Source of the DNA: Octopus sinensis
Taxonomy: Eukaryota
Length of the DNA stretch: 64,000 bases
Assembly (NCBI RefSeq): GCF_006345805.1
Contig: NC_042997.1
Coordinates: 190,216,001-190,280,000, forward strand
Reading direction: 5' to 3'
Positions 1-13,708 of this stretch are shown here, piece by piece. Position 1 is the first letter of the stretch; every line of letters starts with the position of its first letter. Below the pieces are notes generated by a model. The model did not search any database and was not told the origin of the DNA. It was given only the letters and a program-made list of their open reading frames with translations. The position numbers were made by a program, and so were the translations under genes.

Positions 1-308
1 GACTATGGTGTCTAACAACTCCTAATCTCCGAAGAGATAATTGGGGTAAAAACAACCGGTTTCCGATTTTTCCCATCGACACACAGGCACGCACACACAC
101 GCACACCGCGCACAAGCACAACAAAGCACAAAACAACATACTGACAATACAACATACACACAAACAGAAACAGAAACTCATAGACACATGTGCACGTAGA
201 AGAAAATGTGTCTCAGTTTACACTGATGTGCAAAAACTTGCAAGCCTATGTGCTCATCCTTAGCCATATACACGAGCAGACATGTAAATTTTCTTTATTT
301 CACATACA

Positions 309-636
309 GGCCTAGGAGAGGCTGTATGGTAAGTAACTTGCTTACAAACCACATGGTTCCGGGTTCAGTCCCACTGTGTGGCACTTTCGGCAAGAAACTG
401 AAAGAAGCCCGTCGTATATATATTTATATGTGTGTGTGTGCGTTTGTGTATGTTTGTGTGTCTGTGTTTGTCCCCCCAATATCGCTTGATAACCGATGTT
501 GGTGTGTTTACGTCCCCGTAACTTAGCGGTTCGGTAAAAGAGACCAATAGTCCTGAGGGTCGATTTGTTCGACTAAAGGCGGTGCTCCAGCATGGCCACA
601 GTCACATGACTGAAACAAGTAATAAGGTAAAAGAGA
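309..636 (+). mobile_element. tRNA-derived SINE, family A (internally deleted copy)
   Basis: A/B-box-like head (ggctgtatggtaag...GGTTCAGTCC), internal (TA/TG)n, body 'cgtccccgtaacttagcggttcgg' and tail 'tgactgaaacaagta' shared with about 10 other copies in the window. Confidence 0.85.
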
Positions 637-2980
637 TACATATCAGTAATTCTTCCTATATGTTTGTGTGTATCTGCGCATGCGTGTGCATGCTTTTGCG
701 TGAGCGTCTAAAGAAGAACCATTGTCTATTTATGCATTTTTATATTACATTGCGCACATAATGTAGTGATATTTCAAAGTAAGATGAAAGTCTAAGCTCT
801 CTTCCTTTCATTCCATATTCTTCTTCCCTGCCAGAGTATCAAGTAATTGGAAATTATACGTTAATTACTTCATTAGATACCGGAAAGAAATGGTAACACA
901 TTATTGCATTTAGTAATATAATAGACGGCAAACATAACGCTCACACACTATTTCCCTGAGTAAATCCTCTTTGATATCCTAAAACATTTATCTTCGTAAT
1001 ACCTCTTTCAATCAAATGTTAGAGTTGCAGGTCAACAACAATCTTATGTAATGGCGTCTCCTGTTTGACTTTCTGGAAAACTGTTGTACTTTGTTATATT
1101 ATATTTTGTCATTCTCATACATTGACATAAATTTTCTCTTCCTTCAAAGTAATATATTCCCATCCTTTATATGTATTTTTTTTTTCTCTTACGAGTTCTC
1201 TCGTGTCATTTCTTGTTCTAGCATTTAGCATCTCAATTAAGAGAATCACAGACCTTGTTGTGGTTGAACTTAATCCTCACCTTTTACTGCTTTTTCCTTT
1301 ATTCTCCCTTCCATTCCCTCTCTGTCTCAGCCTCACTCATCCTTTCTTAGCACATATCCATTTACTTTGGTTATTTTCCATTATATTCTCTTTTATTTAT
1401 TGTAATACTATTCATATATTTCTTTAGTTTAATTGCGAGTGAGGTAAGCAGCGCGGTACTGTGTGTGTTCTGGCTACCTCTCGTGTTCCCTTCCCACTAT
1501 GCTTTCGTTGCATTCCTCCTTCTTCCTCATTCTCTTCTCACTTCCCCAATATTTCTATCTTTCGATCTATCATCTTCTTTCAACCTGTCTGCAAACGCAC
1601 TCACACAAAAAAACCTGCGTAAATTTTCGTTTCTCATAGGCGCTTCTGCTACCCCCATATCTCGCTCTTCCATTCTCCCACATGTCATCTCGTTTAATGT
1701 CACCCTGTGTCCTTTTCTGCTTTACTATCTAACAGGTTCTTCTTTAAGCTTATTAGTGCATACTTAACAAGGCACGAATAATCACGAAGGCGCCGGTATT
1801 TTCATACGTCTATGTATTAATATACATAGCCACTTTCTGAATGCTGCATATTCCAAGTGATACACACACACACACACACACACATAAACACGTGCACACA
1901 AACACACACATATCGCGATGCATGACCAATATTGGCCATTTATTACTTGCAACTTCACGTCGTACTTTCACGCAGTCATACACACACACAAAACCAAACA
2001 CAGTCTTTCAAGCACATTAACACACATATGCATAGACAGACTGTTTCCTCAAACCTACATGAACGTGAGTGGATGTCTAAGTAGACAAAATTATCTGAGT
2101 ATATATATATATATATATATATATACATACATATATGTGTGTAACTACGTGCATACATATACATACATATATATGTATGTATATATATAAATATATACAC
2201 ACACACATATATATAAGTATATATGTGTATAGAATTTTATGCTTCTCTGTGTGTATATTCAGACATACCTACATATATATATATACATACATTTATATAT
2301 ATATATATACATACATACATATACACATATATATATCCTCATTTGTGCAAGTGCATTGGAGCAATTACGGTTGTATTAAACAGTAATTATGATATCCTTA
2401 AGATATATTACTTAGCTTTTCCGCTTTTCCCTAATTAACAATGACCTCTACTAAAGAATACTCAGAAAATGTGACATTGCGCGCATTTCAAAAATTCCCT
2501 AAACCTAATAAGTAAACGAAAATTAACACAACATTACTTCATTTCTTCAGAAAATAGCGAAAAAAGTCAAAGTTAAAATTATAATATTATTCCTGAGGAT
2601 AATCGAATGATGTGGTTTTGGTTGCGTTTTCATTATAAAATACTTCGTAACATTCTGATAATTTTAACACTTTCTATAATATCATGTACATTTCTGATCA
2701 AAACTATTTCGGTTCATATCGTATATCAATGCTACAATGATGATCAATCAAACTTTTACGCTATGTACGATATATTTCATGTGGTACTAAATATTTAGCT
2801 ATATACGTTTTTCTATCATTAACGTAAAATACTTTCTCACTTCCCAAGCGTTAAACTAATACATCTGTTTGTTGTGTACACACCCGTCTTCGTCTTTTGT
2901 TTATTTTTTTTGTTTGTTTTTTTTTTGTAAATTTTCATTTTATATATACACAAACACACATATCGATAGATTTTTTTGTT

Positions 2981-3233
2981 TTTTCTTGTTTCAGTCATTT
3001 GACTGCGGCCATGCTGGAGCACCGCCTTTTAGTCGAGCAAATCGACCCCAGGACTTATTCTTTGTAAGCCCTGTACTTATTCTATCGGTCTCTTTTGCCG
3101 AACCGCTAAGTTACGGGGACGTAAACACACCAGCATCGGTTGTCAAGTGATGTTGGGCGGGGGTCGGAAACAAACGCAGACACACAAACGCCACACGCAT
3201 ATATATATACATATACATATATACGACGGGCTT
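2981..3233 (-). mobile_element. SINE family A, 5'-truncated
   Basis: Reverse complement of the family A 3' half (ttgtttcagtcatttgactgcggccatgctggagcaccgcc...gaaccgctaagttacggggacgtaaac). Confidence 0.85.
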
Positions 3234-3934
3234 GAAAAATTCTTGAAACCTGAGATTATCTCCCTTTCTTCTTTGGAGCTGGAACCAATTACCACCAAGT
3301 GATTGTTTTACCAAACCCACATAGTTTTCCATACGCTATGGTATTGCTATAATTTTTAAAAACTGCCAGAATCTACTAAGACCAGACAAACATTTTATAA
3401 AAGTGAAATATCATGTATGTATGTGTAAAAGCGTGAAAGCGCTGTGTTTTAAGGATAAATCATCCATAATCACATTTAATTAAGGAAACTAGTGTTAGGC
3501 ATAAAGTATTTCTAGGCACAATAAAATTAATCAAGTTTAAAATTTAAAGCAAAAATATATAAATAAAATTTATTTAACGGAGTAATACAAATGGTAAGTA
3601 AAACATGGTGTACATCTTAAAATAAACGTACGAATTCTGCTTTTTCTTTTTCATAAATCGTAAATCTTTGAAAATTAATAGCTTCATTTTAGTTTCAGGT
3701 CTCATTACGTTTCCGCTATTTTTTCCTTGCATTTATACAGAAAGACACTGAGAATTGAACTTAAATATAACTTCATGAATGTTTTTTCTTACTAAAATAA
3801 TGCTTGCTAATGATTGTTCAGCTATTACAAAATATCAGCAACACTAATTATAAAAGAAGAAACTTTAGAAACTAAGACAAGTTTTATTTAAAGCTTGACT
3901 ACTATAAGATATACATCAAGAACAAACTGAATAT

Positions 3935-4349
3935 CTATTTCTTTACTACTCACAAGGGGCTAAACATAGAGAGGACAAACAAGGACAGACAAACGAATTT
4001 AGTCGATTACAATGACCCCAGTGCGTGACTGGTACTTAATTTATCGACCCCGAAAGGATGAAAGGTAAAGTCGACGTCGGCGGAATTTGAACTCAGAACA
4101 TAGCGGCAGAGGAAATACCTATTTCTTTACTACCCACAAGGGACTAAACACAGAAGAGACAAACAAGGACAGACAAACGGATTAAGTCGATTCTATCGAC
4201 CCCAGTGCGTAACTGGTATTTATTTAATCGACCCCGAAAGGATGAAAGGCAAAGTCGACCTCGGCGGAATTTGAACTCACAACGTAACGCAGACGAAATA
4301 CCGCTAAGCATTTCGCCCGGCGTGCTAACGTTTCTGCCAGCTCGCCGCC
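3935..4349 (-). mobile_element. tRNA-derived SINE, family B, head-to-tail dimer
   Basis: Head ggcggcgagctggcagaaacgttag with B-box-like GAGTTCAAATTCC; two ~184-bp units joined near 4118/4119; imperfect flanking direct repeat ending tgaatatct. Confidence 0.9.
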
Positions 4350-5546
4350 TTTCAACAACACATTGAATATCTTTCTATCTAAGGTTTGCTTTACGCGCAA
4401 CCTTGATATAACTATAGCAGAGACACCAGAGACGTGGCTCTAACATTTTAAATAATAGCAGTTCAATACGATACTTCAGGAATAAAGGAAGTTAAACATA
4501 GCAGATTCGATTTAATTCCTCTCAAACGTAAATTACGTTAAGCTTTTGAAATGCCTTTGTGTCTTCAAACTCCTACTAGATTTGGAGTTGAATACCTCTC
4601 GTATTCCCCTAAGATTTTAAACTACTTTAAATTACGTTCGTTTTAACTTGTAACGTAAGCTTGTTCTGTTCTGTAGTATCACACCTGCCATCTTTTATAT
4701 AGACTGCCGAGCGTAGCAAAAACATCGTTGAATGACAAAATAACAGAGTAATGAATAGAAAAGCACCAGCAGTTGGGCGTGCAGTTTCTGTCAAAATTTG
4801 ATATTTATTTCCTTAAGATACAAAAGGCCTTTTGTCGAAAATGACATTGATAAGTGCTGAGCCCTTACGAAACTATTATCTCCTTATGGAAATGATGGCA
4901 TTACAAATGTTACAATAAAATGTTACATAATTTACTGATGTGGGTTTGAAGAACAAAATTTAGTTTAATCATACTCAGGTGCACAAATAGAGTAGAAACG
5001 TTTCGTAAACTGAAAAAAGGCAAATGAACGTGACAGGTGAATTTATTTAGATGCCATATAACATATACTTTTTGATTAAAAATTCTAAAAGAAAAAAATA
5101 GTCATCAGGTATAGAGATACACAAATACTCACACACATACAAACAAACGTACATATATACCAGATAACTTTATTTTTGTCCTTATATATGCATGTTGGTA
5201 TATATGTATGTATGCATGTACATACATACAACACTGCAACTCTGCAACACTGTATATAAATTCTCTACTGGGAATGACCAGGTTTAAAAATCTGCTGGAT
5301 CTCACTCATAAGGGAATCTTACATTGCTTATAAACTCTGTATTTGGAAGGACTCATATTAAACTCTGTTGGACTTTTGGACTTTACTCATAGGATATTGG
5401 AATATTGAATATATACCATTATGCCTATAAAATGCATTTCCAACTTCAATGCCCATACATATCTTACATCTATTTTCTTTCCTCCACTTCACTCTCTATT
5501 TAGTATCACATCTAAACTAACTATGATTTAACTATCCTCTCACACC

Positions 5547-5598
5547 GTCTCCGATGAAGGGATATCTTTAATAAATATCCTAGAAACAGCTGTAAGAT
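5547..5598 (+). ncRNA. minimal type I hammerhead ribozyme-like motif (CCGATGA core variant) in a probable Penelope-like terminal fragment (~5230-5670)
   Basis: gtct-CCGATGA-a-gggatat...atatcct-a-GAAA-cagctg-TA-agat: stem I, stem II, palindromic stem III and a GUA site. Confidence 0.6.
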
Positions 5599-6102
5599 CT
5601 TCTATCTATAAATGCTCTAATATCTACACAGCCTTGGTTTTTATCTTATTACACAAAAAAATTCTTATATATATATATGCATATATATGTATATTAGATT
5701 GCCACCCACTTAATTGAGTAACATAATTATGTATCGTATTCCCAATAGGTAATAAAATTAAGACGATATTTGTTCAAATATTGTTTTAAAAACTACCTAA
5801 TGAAAACAAGAAATAAATTGCTATTTCCATATATTTGTTCGATATTTGAATGCATTTTGTCAATATTAGGATCTCCAATAGCTGAAACATGCTGGCAATC
5901 ATAGTAATTAAATATGCAAAATATACTGTTACCATGCAGCTATGCATATCTTAGAATATTTTATTGAATTTTGCCTTGTGTGCGATTGATTTCTAACCGG
6001 TAAATGTCTAACCGGTAGTATATCCAAGTAATAAAATATAAAATGTAAAGCTTATAAAATCCTAGAATAACCACTTAACCAATAATATAAAATGATTTTT
6101 TT

Positions 6103-6381
6103 CGCCCTTTTCAAGCCTAGCCAGGCTCATGGGCCCGGCTTCCCGGTTTCTGTGGTGTATGTGCCCCCCCCCCAGCTGGACGGGACGCCAGTCCATCGCA
6201 GCGTTATTCGAGAAGCAGGAAGAGAGAATGATAGAAAGTTGTGACGAAAGAGTACAACAGGGGTTGCCACCACCCCCTTTCGGAGCCTCGTGGAGCTTTT
6301 AGGTGTTTTCGCTCAATAAACACACACAACGCCCGGTCTGGGAATCGAAACCCCGAATCCGCTGCCCTAACCACTGGGCAT
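6103..6381 (-). mobile_element. tRNA-derived SINE, family D
   Basis: Reverse complement of the 13709-14029 copy; includes the V-domain-like gcgatggactggcgtcccgtccag. Confidence 0.85.
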
Positions 6382-7091
6382 ATAAAATGTAGAGAAACAA
6401 AATAGAAAATTATATTTTTACTTCAAGAAATAAAACAAATAAACTGGATTGTTTTACTCCTGTAGTTTTTTCTTAATCTGTTGAGGCAGTAGATCTGTAT
6501 GACCTATATTCCATTTCAAGGACATCCGATATTGATAGGGGAAGAAGGAAATAGAATCCATCGCTCAAGAAGTAGGGGTTAAACTAGGAGAGATATTAAG
6601 TCTATCAATCAAATTTTCTGACATACTATTACAGACAATATAGTAATCAATCATGCAAATTGTTCTAAATTATCCAGTAAATATCCAGTATAATGTATTG
6701 ATACTAAAGAAAAAATACGTATTCAGATAATACTAATAAATCGTGTGAAGCAGTGTTGTTACAGTGACTACGCTTTTACCTTCTGTCTATCATTGAATTC
6801 CAAGAGTGTGCTAGAAATGATCAGTACTAAAATCCAATACAAATGAATTTATTACTGCTGCAGATATTTTAAAATCAGGTCGACAAATTATTAAATTAGA
6901 TGCAAGGTTTCCTTTCGGTATGCATTCACTTTTCACAGCGATTGTAATCCATGCAGAAAATTAATTACGTGTTCTTTAATATAACAGATCAAGAATAAAT
7001 TATTCTTCTCTCACCAGCCAATTGTTGTTATACACGAAATCTTTACCATCTTATCAAGATAGGCTTTCGAATGCACTTTGATTAATATTGG

Positions 7092-7529
7092 GGATCTTTT
7101 CGGTTTGAACGGCAGTTTTTAACATAATTTCTAGGTAACTAAAAAAATTTTAAACTTCGTATACTGGTAGAATGTGTTTATAAAACATCTTTTTCTCTTG
7201 GCTTTAATAAGAAAATTCTATAGTTTGTAAGATATTTGTTGTTGTTTTTCTTCAATTTCTGCAAGTTCAACCAATCAGTGACGTCTATTGAGCTAAAAAT
7301 CATTCTGTGCCGTATGAATATGTCCCTCGTTTAAGAAACAGATTGGGTTTATTTACATTTCTGAAGAAAAAAATATACCCTTCCCCTCACTCCTAACCCT
7401 AACTAACCCTAACTAACCCTAACCCTAAAACAGATTGAAATGCAATAGATCGATGCTAGGGTCATAATTATGGGTGACAATTTCATATGACACCGCTAGA
7501 AAAAACTGCCGTTCAAACCGAAACGATCC
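7092..7529. mobile_element. MITE with 29-bp TIRs and 8-bp TSD (Merlin/hAT-type)
   Basis: TIRs ggatcttttcggtttgaacggcagttttt / aaaaactgccgttcaaaccgaaacgatcc; TSD aatattgg at 7084-7091 and 7530-7537; internal (taaccc)n. Confidence 0.9.
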
Positions 7530-8435
7530 AATATTGGATATTAGCAATGAAACCTCATCCTTATTGCGATAATTTGTACTTTATATACAAACTGTGTACT
7601 TCATAGTTTGTATATAAACTATAAATTCTCACAGTAAAGATGAATTTCCATTGCTAATATTCACAGATTCTCACTCGATACAAGGCATTAGCAATGATTT
7701 TTAAAAGTTTTGTAAACATATTTCAAGAATTCACTACACGAAACATAAAGATTAATATCTCTTCGAAATAATTTTGGTCGGTTCGAATCTAACTACGATC
7801 AGTTAATTTCACATTTTTGGGTTCCTAACTTAGAATTGGGAACACAATTTAGATAATTTCCCTTCAACACGTTTATTTTTACAATGGGTGCAGACATCAC
7901 TATGTGCCGAAGGAGCCATTTCGCGAACACTGGATTCCGGGTTCTATATTACTATGTAGCACACATAGCTTCTATGAAAGCCATGGACAAAATCAGGTGA
8001 AAAGTTTGGTAGACGGAACTGTTCACAAGCTTCATGTGTGTGTGTGTGCGCGCGTTTGCGTGTGAGTGCTTGTGTGTCTATGCATATGTGTGTCCGGGGG
8101 GGGGAGTGTGTACGTGTCTGTGTGTGTATGCGTGAATGTATGTTTGAATGCATGCTTGTATGTGTATGTGTGTACATGTGTGTGTGTAATGACTAGAGAT
8201 GGCTGAAGCAGTCCATCGACAAAATACTTCATGTAATTTCGTTCTGCCTCTGTTATTTCTTTGAACGCTCACAGGCATTGCCATGTGTCCTTTACGGAAT
8301 CAATAATCATGTACCGTCCTATATACTGGGTTTATAAAAATCAAATAAAATCCTTGAAAGCATCACTACAGCAGCTACAATCCAATGATGACACCAGTAA
8401 CACACAATCAAGGATATCAAAAATATATAACCCAT

Positions 8436-8825
8436 TTACTTTTCTCTTTTACTTGTTTCAGTCATTTGACTGTGGTCATGCTGGACCATCGCCTTTAGTC
8501 GAGCAAATCGACCCCAGGACTTATTCTTTGGAAGCCTAGTAGTTATTCTATCGATCCCTTTTGCCGAACCACTATGTGACGGGAGCGTAAACACACCAGT
8601 ATCGGTTGTCAAGCGATGTTGGGGGGGGGGACAAACACAGACACACACATATATATATATATACGACGGGCTTCTTTCAGTTTCCGTCTACCAAATCCAC
8701 TCACAAGGATTTGGTCGACCCGAGGCTATAGTAGAAGACACTTGCCCAATTTGCCACACAGTGGCAATGAACCCGGAACCATGTGGTTGGTAAGCAAGCT
8801 ACTTACCACATACCACTCCTACGCC
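8436..8825 (-). mobile_element. SINE family A, full length
   Basis: Complete head, central and tail segments matching the 28224 and 40910 copies. Confidence 0.9.
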
Positions 8826-9827
8826 TTAATAAAATAAATTAGGAATAGATTTTGCTCAACAGAATATATTATTGGACTTTATTATTTCTTTACACAAATT
8901 TGATTTTCTTTCAAAATATTCTGCTCTCTTGAAACTGAATTTGTTTTTCTTGCAAAGAATGTGGTTTTATCTATTATCCCTTTAATAATATTAAATGAAA
9001 TTCCTATTGTCATACATTAATCAGAATTTTAAAATCAAAATTGTGGATCTTATCTTTGCCACGATACGTTGAGGTTGAATATGATAGGCATTCCTATACC
9101 ATTCCTTTACCACCAAATGTGAATAAGCGTCAAAAGAAATATCTTGGAAGCTAACCTAATTTATGTTCAAAGATTTCAATTGTATACTTCAAGAAAATAG
9201 AAGATAAACTTCAAATTTGTTTGGATTTATTAAACTTTAATCCTTGTCTTACCCAAAATACACTCTATTTTAAGTAGTTACCATAAATTATTGATAAAAT
9301 CTACAGTATATCGACTGACCATCGGAAAAAAAATAAATGGCTAATGTTGTTGAACGCCTTATTTTCTTTTATAAGAAACACGTCACTTCAAGTAGAAAAA
9401 TTTTAACATAGACAACATTTTTATTCCCCGGCAGCACTGAAAAGTTAAATGACAGATTTATCAAATCTTTAAGACAGCTGTCACTCGTCTTTGACTTCTA
9501 AGCACATTAAATTTTGTCACGCGTTTCACAGCACATATAAACTACATTCTTCATATTCTGAACTCACAAGTAAATTATATTACATAGAAACGTAGAATTA
9601 AGTATACTCTATAAGGATATGATTGTTATTATTTACCAGTTAGAATATACAATTAGTAGTCATACACAAATTTTGCCAGAGTGGGCGCTACAAGAAAATT
9701 TGAAAGGGTAAATCGAAAATATTTAGTAAATTCACTGAGTGAAGCTTTAAAGTACAAAGGTCGTCCCGAACGTAATGCAAAATCGGGTGAAACAGTTTTA
9801 TATCTATTTCAAATTGTACGTGTTGGT

Positions 9828-10006
9828 TTCAAATTTTGGCACAAGTCCAGCAGGTTTTTGGTGTTCAACTGGTTCTTATTTTATCGACCCCGAAAGGATA
9901 AAAGGCAAAGTCGACCTCGGCGGAGTTTGAACTTAGAATGTAAAGACTGACGAAATGCTGCAAAGCATTTTGAACGAAGTTCTAACGATTCTGCCAGTTC
10001 ACCGCC
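9828..10006 (-). mobile_element. SINE, family B-related (older tail type), inserted in the mariner
   Basis: B core atcgaccccgaaaggataaaaggcaaagtcgacctcggcgg; ~20-bp TSD ttcaaattgtacgtgttggt (9808-9827 / 10008-10027). Confidence 0.85.
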
Positions 10007-10231
10007 TTTCAAATTGTACGTGTTGGTAGAGTAATTCTTCGTCCTGCTTTTCATTACACGCAAATAATGGGTTCCCTGAAGAAACAACTTGTCGTGATTG
10101 ATATGAATTCAGGCCCTCCGACATCTACAGAAAGTTACAGTTTATTCACGGTACAACACCTTTGACAAAAGTAATGTAAACAAATGTATAAAGATGTTTA
10201 GAAACGTTGTAATCATCACTGAAGTAAAACT

Positions 10232-10626
10232 TTTTTTTAGAAGCACTCCGTCGGTTACGACGATGAGGGTTCCGGTTGATCCGAATCAACGGAACAGCCT
10301 GCTCGTGAAATTAACGTGTAAGTGGCTGAGCACTCCACAGACACGTGCACCCGTAACGTAGTTCTCGGGGATATTCAGCGTGACACATAGAGTGACAAGG
10401 CCGGCCCCTTGAAATACAGGTACAACAGAAACAGGAAGTAAGAGTGAGAGAAAGTTGTGGTGAAAGAGTACAGCAGGGATCACCACCATCCCCTGCCGGA
10501 GCCTCGTGGAGCTTTTTTTAGGTGTTTTCGCTCAATAAACACTCGCAACGCCCGGTCTGGGAATCGAAACCGCGATCCTATGACCGCGAGTCCGCTTCCC
10601 TAACCACTGGGCCATTGCGCTTCCAC
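10232..10626 (-). mobile_element. tRNA-derived SINE with family D head and a different 3' body, inserted in the mariner
   Basis: Head matches family D (ccactgggccattgcgc...cccggtctgggaatcgaaacc); 11-bp TSD gaagtaaaact (10221-10231 / 10627-10637). Confidence 0.85.
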
Positions 10627-10910
10627 GAAGTAAAACTAGACAATAGGAAATAATCAACTGCAAACATTGACATGAATCATTCGTGAGTTGACTAATTCAT
10701 TTTCACGGAGAGACGAGATGAAATCCGTGCGATTGTTGAACAGCTGAACGATGAGCTCAGTGCATTATATGACGATAGAATACATTGGAAAAGCGTGTGT
10801 AAAGTGAGCACGTTAGAAGCTGACACCCGATTTGTTGGGTGGAAAGGTTGATGTCTATTTGACTAGATGGAAGCGTTTGAAACTAATGAAGATACACTTT
10901 TACCGATCTT

Positions 10911-11455
10911 GGGGCAGAGGATGGAAATTGGTCGTATCTTTATGATCCAGAAATAAAGGTTCAATTCACGAAACGGTGTCATGCCTCTTCTCAAAATCCT
11001 AAGAAAATTACGAGTCAACATTCGGCATAGAAACTCATGACGACCGTTTCGGAGGCCAAGGAGAGTGTAATTCTCCTTGACTTTCTAGAACGTGGCTTCA
11101 CAGTGACTAGCGAGCGAAATAATGAAACAGCCAAGAAGCTTGGTGAAACTATTACGAGAAAACAAAACGAATTAAGAACTTGAAAATGATCCATATTCAC
11201 CCTGACAATATTTTTGGCAACAAATCAGGAACGGCAAAGAAGGCCAGTCATTGTTTCTCCTTTCATCGTTCAAGAAAGATCTGGTTACCACAGATGTTCA
11301 CATGCGGGACAAGTTTTCAGAAAGAACATCTTGATGATACGGACAACGTGAATTTGGGCACGACAGTGCACGAATGAACGTTTTTAAAGAGGATACGGGA
11401 TTTGGGTTTAACGATGGCACCAAAGCATTGTTGGCAATAGAAACTGTGTTTTCTA
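10911..11455 (+). pseudogene. mariner transposase catalytic-domain remnant (stops and frameshifts)
   Basis: Manual translation GAEDGNWSYLYDPEIKVQFTKRCHASSQNPKKITSQHSA*KLMTTVSEAKESVILLDFLERGFTVTSERNNETAKKL...HPDN resembles the mariner pattern TGDETW.Y.YDPE.K...KVM.TVFWD..GVIL.DFL..G.TV...HDN. Confidence 0.8.
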
Positions 11456-12915
11456 GTATTTTCGTTTAGAGGAATGGGAAACTTACTAACGTGTGCATTC
11501 TAAGGGACTTATGTCAGTCAATGAAAAAGTTATGTCAACATATGTATTACTTTCGGAACAACCTTGTACTATAAGACATACAAATGTTAACAAGAAATAT
11601 ATATACACTAGATGTATATATGAATGTTCATATGAGTGTGTGTGCGTGTGTGTGTATGCGTTCATGTGTAATGTATATGTATGTCAGTGTATCTGTGTGT
11701 ATGTGTGTTTGAGAGAGAGAGAGAGAGAGAGAAAATATAAAACTATATATATGTGATATACAGAAAAAGTGTCTCTTCTTTTTAATGTCTAAAATTTTTC
11801 TGTCTCTCAATAGGAGTAATTTATTTACGAATTTAAAGTTATCGTAAAACGATGAAAGGAACTGGGATAAAATCAGCTAAATTTGCTTAAATACTGTACC
11901 CCTAGTGACTGAAATAAGGAAGTGTAGAGTGAATAATTTAGTCCTAAACATGCCACTAAATAAGGGCCAAACACAGTTGTGATATTTTTGAACAATGATA
12001 TACAAGATCACGACATGTCAAATTTCTCTAAACAACAACTAACAGTAAGAAAATGGTTAATATACATAGTTAATAAGGATCTCATAAGTAACCAAATTAT
12101 TACTAGATTTTCTTACACACACACACAAACATACACAGACACACACAGACACACACACAAATGCACTCTCGCTCTTACACACACATATTATTATATTATG
12201 ATATTCATAATTATGGCGTCACTGAGTTGTCAAGTATAGCGATTTCTTTTCAAACTAAAAAGGAGATATTTATCAATCAATGTTAATGAGAACATTCCAA
12301 AACTGTTGCATTTAATGAGAATTCTACAAATATACAATGCTGTGTGAGTTTTATTCTTTAGTTTTGATCTTTGTGTTTATACATTAGAGCGTATCATAAA
12401 ATATCATAATATGCTAAAAGCAAATAATTTGGGATGCGTACTATCTGCATTGAAGACAATAATCAACTTAACATATATAATACCGTGATCGTTATAAAAT
12501 GCTAATTGAAATAAGCTGCCGATTCAGTAAGGACGGTATTCTACTGATATCATGTGCAGAATTTTCATGGTGACAATTATTAGCGGCACTTCTTGCGGCT
12601 CCTTCTGTTCTGAGCTCAAATACTATCATAATCAAGTTCACTTTTTTATCATTTCGGGGACGGTAAAATAAAGTATCAGTGAAGTACTGGAGTGGATGCT
12701 ATAAGTAAACTTTCCGCTGACAATTGCTGGCCTTGTGCGAAAATGAGAAAGGATAATTTTTCTCGCAAGCATGGAGACAAAGTTAAAAATTTGTTCCGTT
12801 TATTGGTTTCCGAATCCAATCATAGAACCCATCATATTTGGAAAAGTCACATTCTTTGTGTGTGTATGTAGGATGAATGGACGAGAAGAAAAAGTAGAAA
12901 ACTTACTCTATTTCC

Positions 12916-13081
12916 ATTATTTACATTATTTACATTTGACGATATTTGTCCTCATCTTGTTTGTTGTTAACACAAGGTTTCGGCTGATATACCCTCTAGC
13001 CTTCATCAGGTGTCTTAGGAAAATTTCGAACATAGTTTCTCATTCCTAAGGTATGTTTCGATGTTGTTGTCGTTATTATCA

Positions 13082-13122
<41 letters not shown>

Positions 13123-13169
13123 TTCACTGCCTAGAATCGAACTCAGAATCTTGGGGTTAGTAGCCCACG

Positions 13170-13172
<3 letters not shown>
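12916..13172 (-). mobile_element. family C element: tRNA-like head + (TAA)n + Penelope-like tail with hammerhead
   Basis: Minus strand reads gagcgtgggctactaaccccaagattctGAGTTCGATTCtaggcagtgaactg-(TAA)n-tail; homologous to 22774-22935, 23011-23943 and 36927-37113. Confidence 0.8.
12970..13013 (-). ncRNA. minimal type I hammerhead ribozyme (stem III mutated)
   Basis: acac-CTGATGA-a-ggcta...cagcc-GAAA-cc-TT-gtgt. Confidence 0.65.
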
Positions 13173-13207
<35 letters not shown>

Positions 13208-13708
13208 TAGATAGATATATAATTCGTTACTACTTGTCATATTAATAATAATGATAGCATTCATCTCCAGAAACTACAAGCTGCATTTGACCATCATGCG
13301 TTGTAGATGTAAAATTCGAACCTTACTTTTATATGAGTATCCTCATCAACTCCAGTTGAGATAGCTTTCATAAAATCTAAACTAGATTGATTTAAGCCGT
13401 TTTTGAAAAATACGAAGTCGTTATAATAAATTCCTTAATGATTTCTTCTCTCACTTATTACCACCTTGAACGACCTTCATCTTTTCTTAATTATTACCCC
13501 AAATATGTCCTTCAAAATTTACTTCCCCTTTCCCCTGTTCTCGAAAATATTGTTTCCATATTTATAAAGACCCTCCAAAATATATTTCGATTTCCCCTCA
13601 AACAGTACAAACTATTTTAACCTTTTATTCTTGATTATATCCTTATAGTTTCTCTCGTTTGTTACCTCCGCTACTTATATTTATTTTAAACCCAGTATAT
13701 ATCGATTT

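Larger units (their letters stand above)
9755..11566 (+). mobile_element. decayed full-length mariner DNA transposon with two nested SINEs
   Basis: TIRs caaaggtcgtcccgaacgtaatgca / tgtattactttcggaacaaccttg with TA on both sides (9753-54, 11567-68); about 1.2 kb remains after removing the SINEs. Confidence 0.85.

Noticed and set aside
1428-1443. Possible 16-nt microexon (ctttag|...GAG|gtaagc)
   Set aside because: Not frame-preserving and lies in a pyrimidine-biased stretch that looks like decayed repeat sequence.
7392-7428. Telomere or chromosome-fusion signature
   Set aside because: Only a few degenerate units, located inside a MITE.
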